The notes under the pieces are model-generated. The model had not been told where the DNA came from and searched no databases. It was given only the letters and a program-made list of their open reading frames with translations. A DNA stretch of 33,065 nt from Candidatus Methanomethylophilaceae archaeon (GTDB lineage Archaea > Thermoplasmatota > Thermoplasmata > Methanomassiliicoccales > Methanomethylophilaceae). The translations under genes and the position numbers were made by a program. Below are positions 32,415 through 33,065 of the stretch, in pieces; the stretch's first letter is position 1; each line of letters begins with the position of its first letter. Where the stretch lies: the NCBI GenBank assembly GCA_944320495.1, contig CALUHR010000004.1, forward strand, positions 1 to 33,065, given 5' to 3'.

Positions 32415-33065
32415 ATGGCAGACTGGGTTCCCAAGACTAGGCTGGGGCAGATGGTCCTCAACGGTGAGATCACCAACATGAGCGACGCCCTGGCGACCAA
32501 GCTGCCCCTGCGCGAGCCCGAGATCGTGGACATCCTCCTCCCTGACCTCAAAGACGAGGTCATCGACCTGAACATGGTCCAGAGGATGACCGATTCCGGA
32601 AGGAGGGTCAGGTTCGCCGTGACATGCATCGTCGGAAACGGCGACGGATTCATCGGCATCGGCAGGGCCAAAGGAAAAGAGGTCGGACCTTCTATCAAGA
32701 AGGCCATCGACAACGCGAAGCTGAACATGATCGAGATCAAGAGGGGATGCGGATCCTGGCAGTGCGGATGCGGCCAGGCACACAGCCTTCCCTTCGAGGT
32801 CGTCGGATCCACCGGATCCGTCACCGTCAGCCTGAAGCCCGCACCCCGCGGAGTCTCCCTGGCCGTCGGAGACGTCGCCAAGAGCCTCCTGACTCTTGCC
32901 GGTGTCCGCGATGCATGGGGTTTCGCCAGAGGAAACACCAAGACCAAGGTCAACTACGCCATGGCAACGTTCGAAGCGCTTAAGATGACTTCCCGCATGA
33001 GGGTCACCGACGAGCAGGCCCAGAGCCTGAACATCGTCTCCGGACCCACCGGAATCACCTACGCC
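32415..33065 (+). CDS. rps5: 30S ribosomal protein S5 (uS5), 3'-truncated by the window end
   Basis: Own translation from ATG32415: WVPKTRLG, VQRMTDSGRR, RGCGSWQC, PAPRGVSL. No stop codon before the window end. Confidence 0.95.
   Translation, partial: MADWVPKTRLGQMVLNGEITNMSDALATKLPLREPEIVDILLPDLKDEVIDLNMVQRMTDSGRRVRFAVTCIVGNGDGFIGIGRAKGKEVGPSIKKAIDNAKLNMIEIKRGCGSWQCGCGQAHSLPFEVVGSTGSVTVSLKPAPRGVSLAVGDVAKSLLTLAGVRDAWGFARGNTKTKVNYAMATFEALKMTSRMRVTDEQAQSLNIVSGPTGITYA

Noticed and set aside
1195-33065. Many long antisense or alternative-frame ORFs (e.g. 1195-2427, 3622-4908, 7044-8315, 11140-12234, 19104-21083, 22183-23223, 31820-32953)
   Set aside because: They shadow well-supported genes, have Arg/Gly/Pro-rich non-protein-like composition and no motifs. 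They are expected from the strong C/G third-position bias.
1-33065. CRISPR array, IS/transposase, integrase, prophage genes
   Set aside because: No regularly spaced repeats, terminal inverted repeats with target duplications, or recombinase and phage motifs were seen.

Overview
A GC-rich euryarchaeal chromosome segment, most consistent with Methanomassiliicoccales (Thermoplasmata). This taxonomy is inferred from the stand-alone 5S rRNA gene, the archaeal r-protein set, NAC, RaSEA, MptA, HypC and the absence of TAG stop codons. Positions 1-22 kb carry housekeeping and nitrogen genes: 5S rRNA (partial), DUF2188, hypC, nac, alaX, an Lrp regulator, a bacterial-type non-discriminating aspS convergent on gatCAB, an internally deleted Schlafen/AlbA-HATPase-wHTH gene, DUF2284, a TPR protein, two tandem amt-glnK operons, initiator tRNA-Met, SCP2, rnhB, mptA, an aldo/keto reductase, a C15orf41/CDIN1-like nuclease, an FAD disulfide oxidoreductase, RaSEA and DUF5611. 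Positions 22.2-33 kb are the archaeal S10/spc r-protein cluster, from rpl3 to a partial rps5. The most interesting signals are non-coding. (1) In the aspS-gatB gap, a bidirectional TATA box is flanked symmetrically by two DtxR/SirR-like TTAG-N6-CTAA boxes, with a structured RNA on one side and a hairpin-led 17-aa basic micro-ORF on the other, which is a candidate metal-repressed sRNA/small-protein system. (2) A non-NrpR palindrome (TAGA-N6-TCTA) is shared by both amt promoters and the gatCAB promoter. (3) A tandem 19-bp palindrome lies in front of the Schlafen-like gene. (4) A multibranched leader of about 170 nt precedes rpl3. All product calls come from motif recognition, and no database searches were run.
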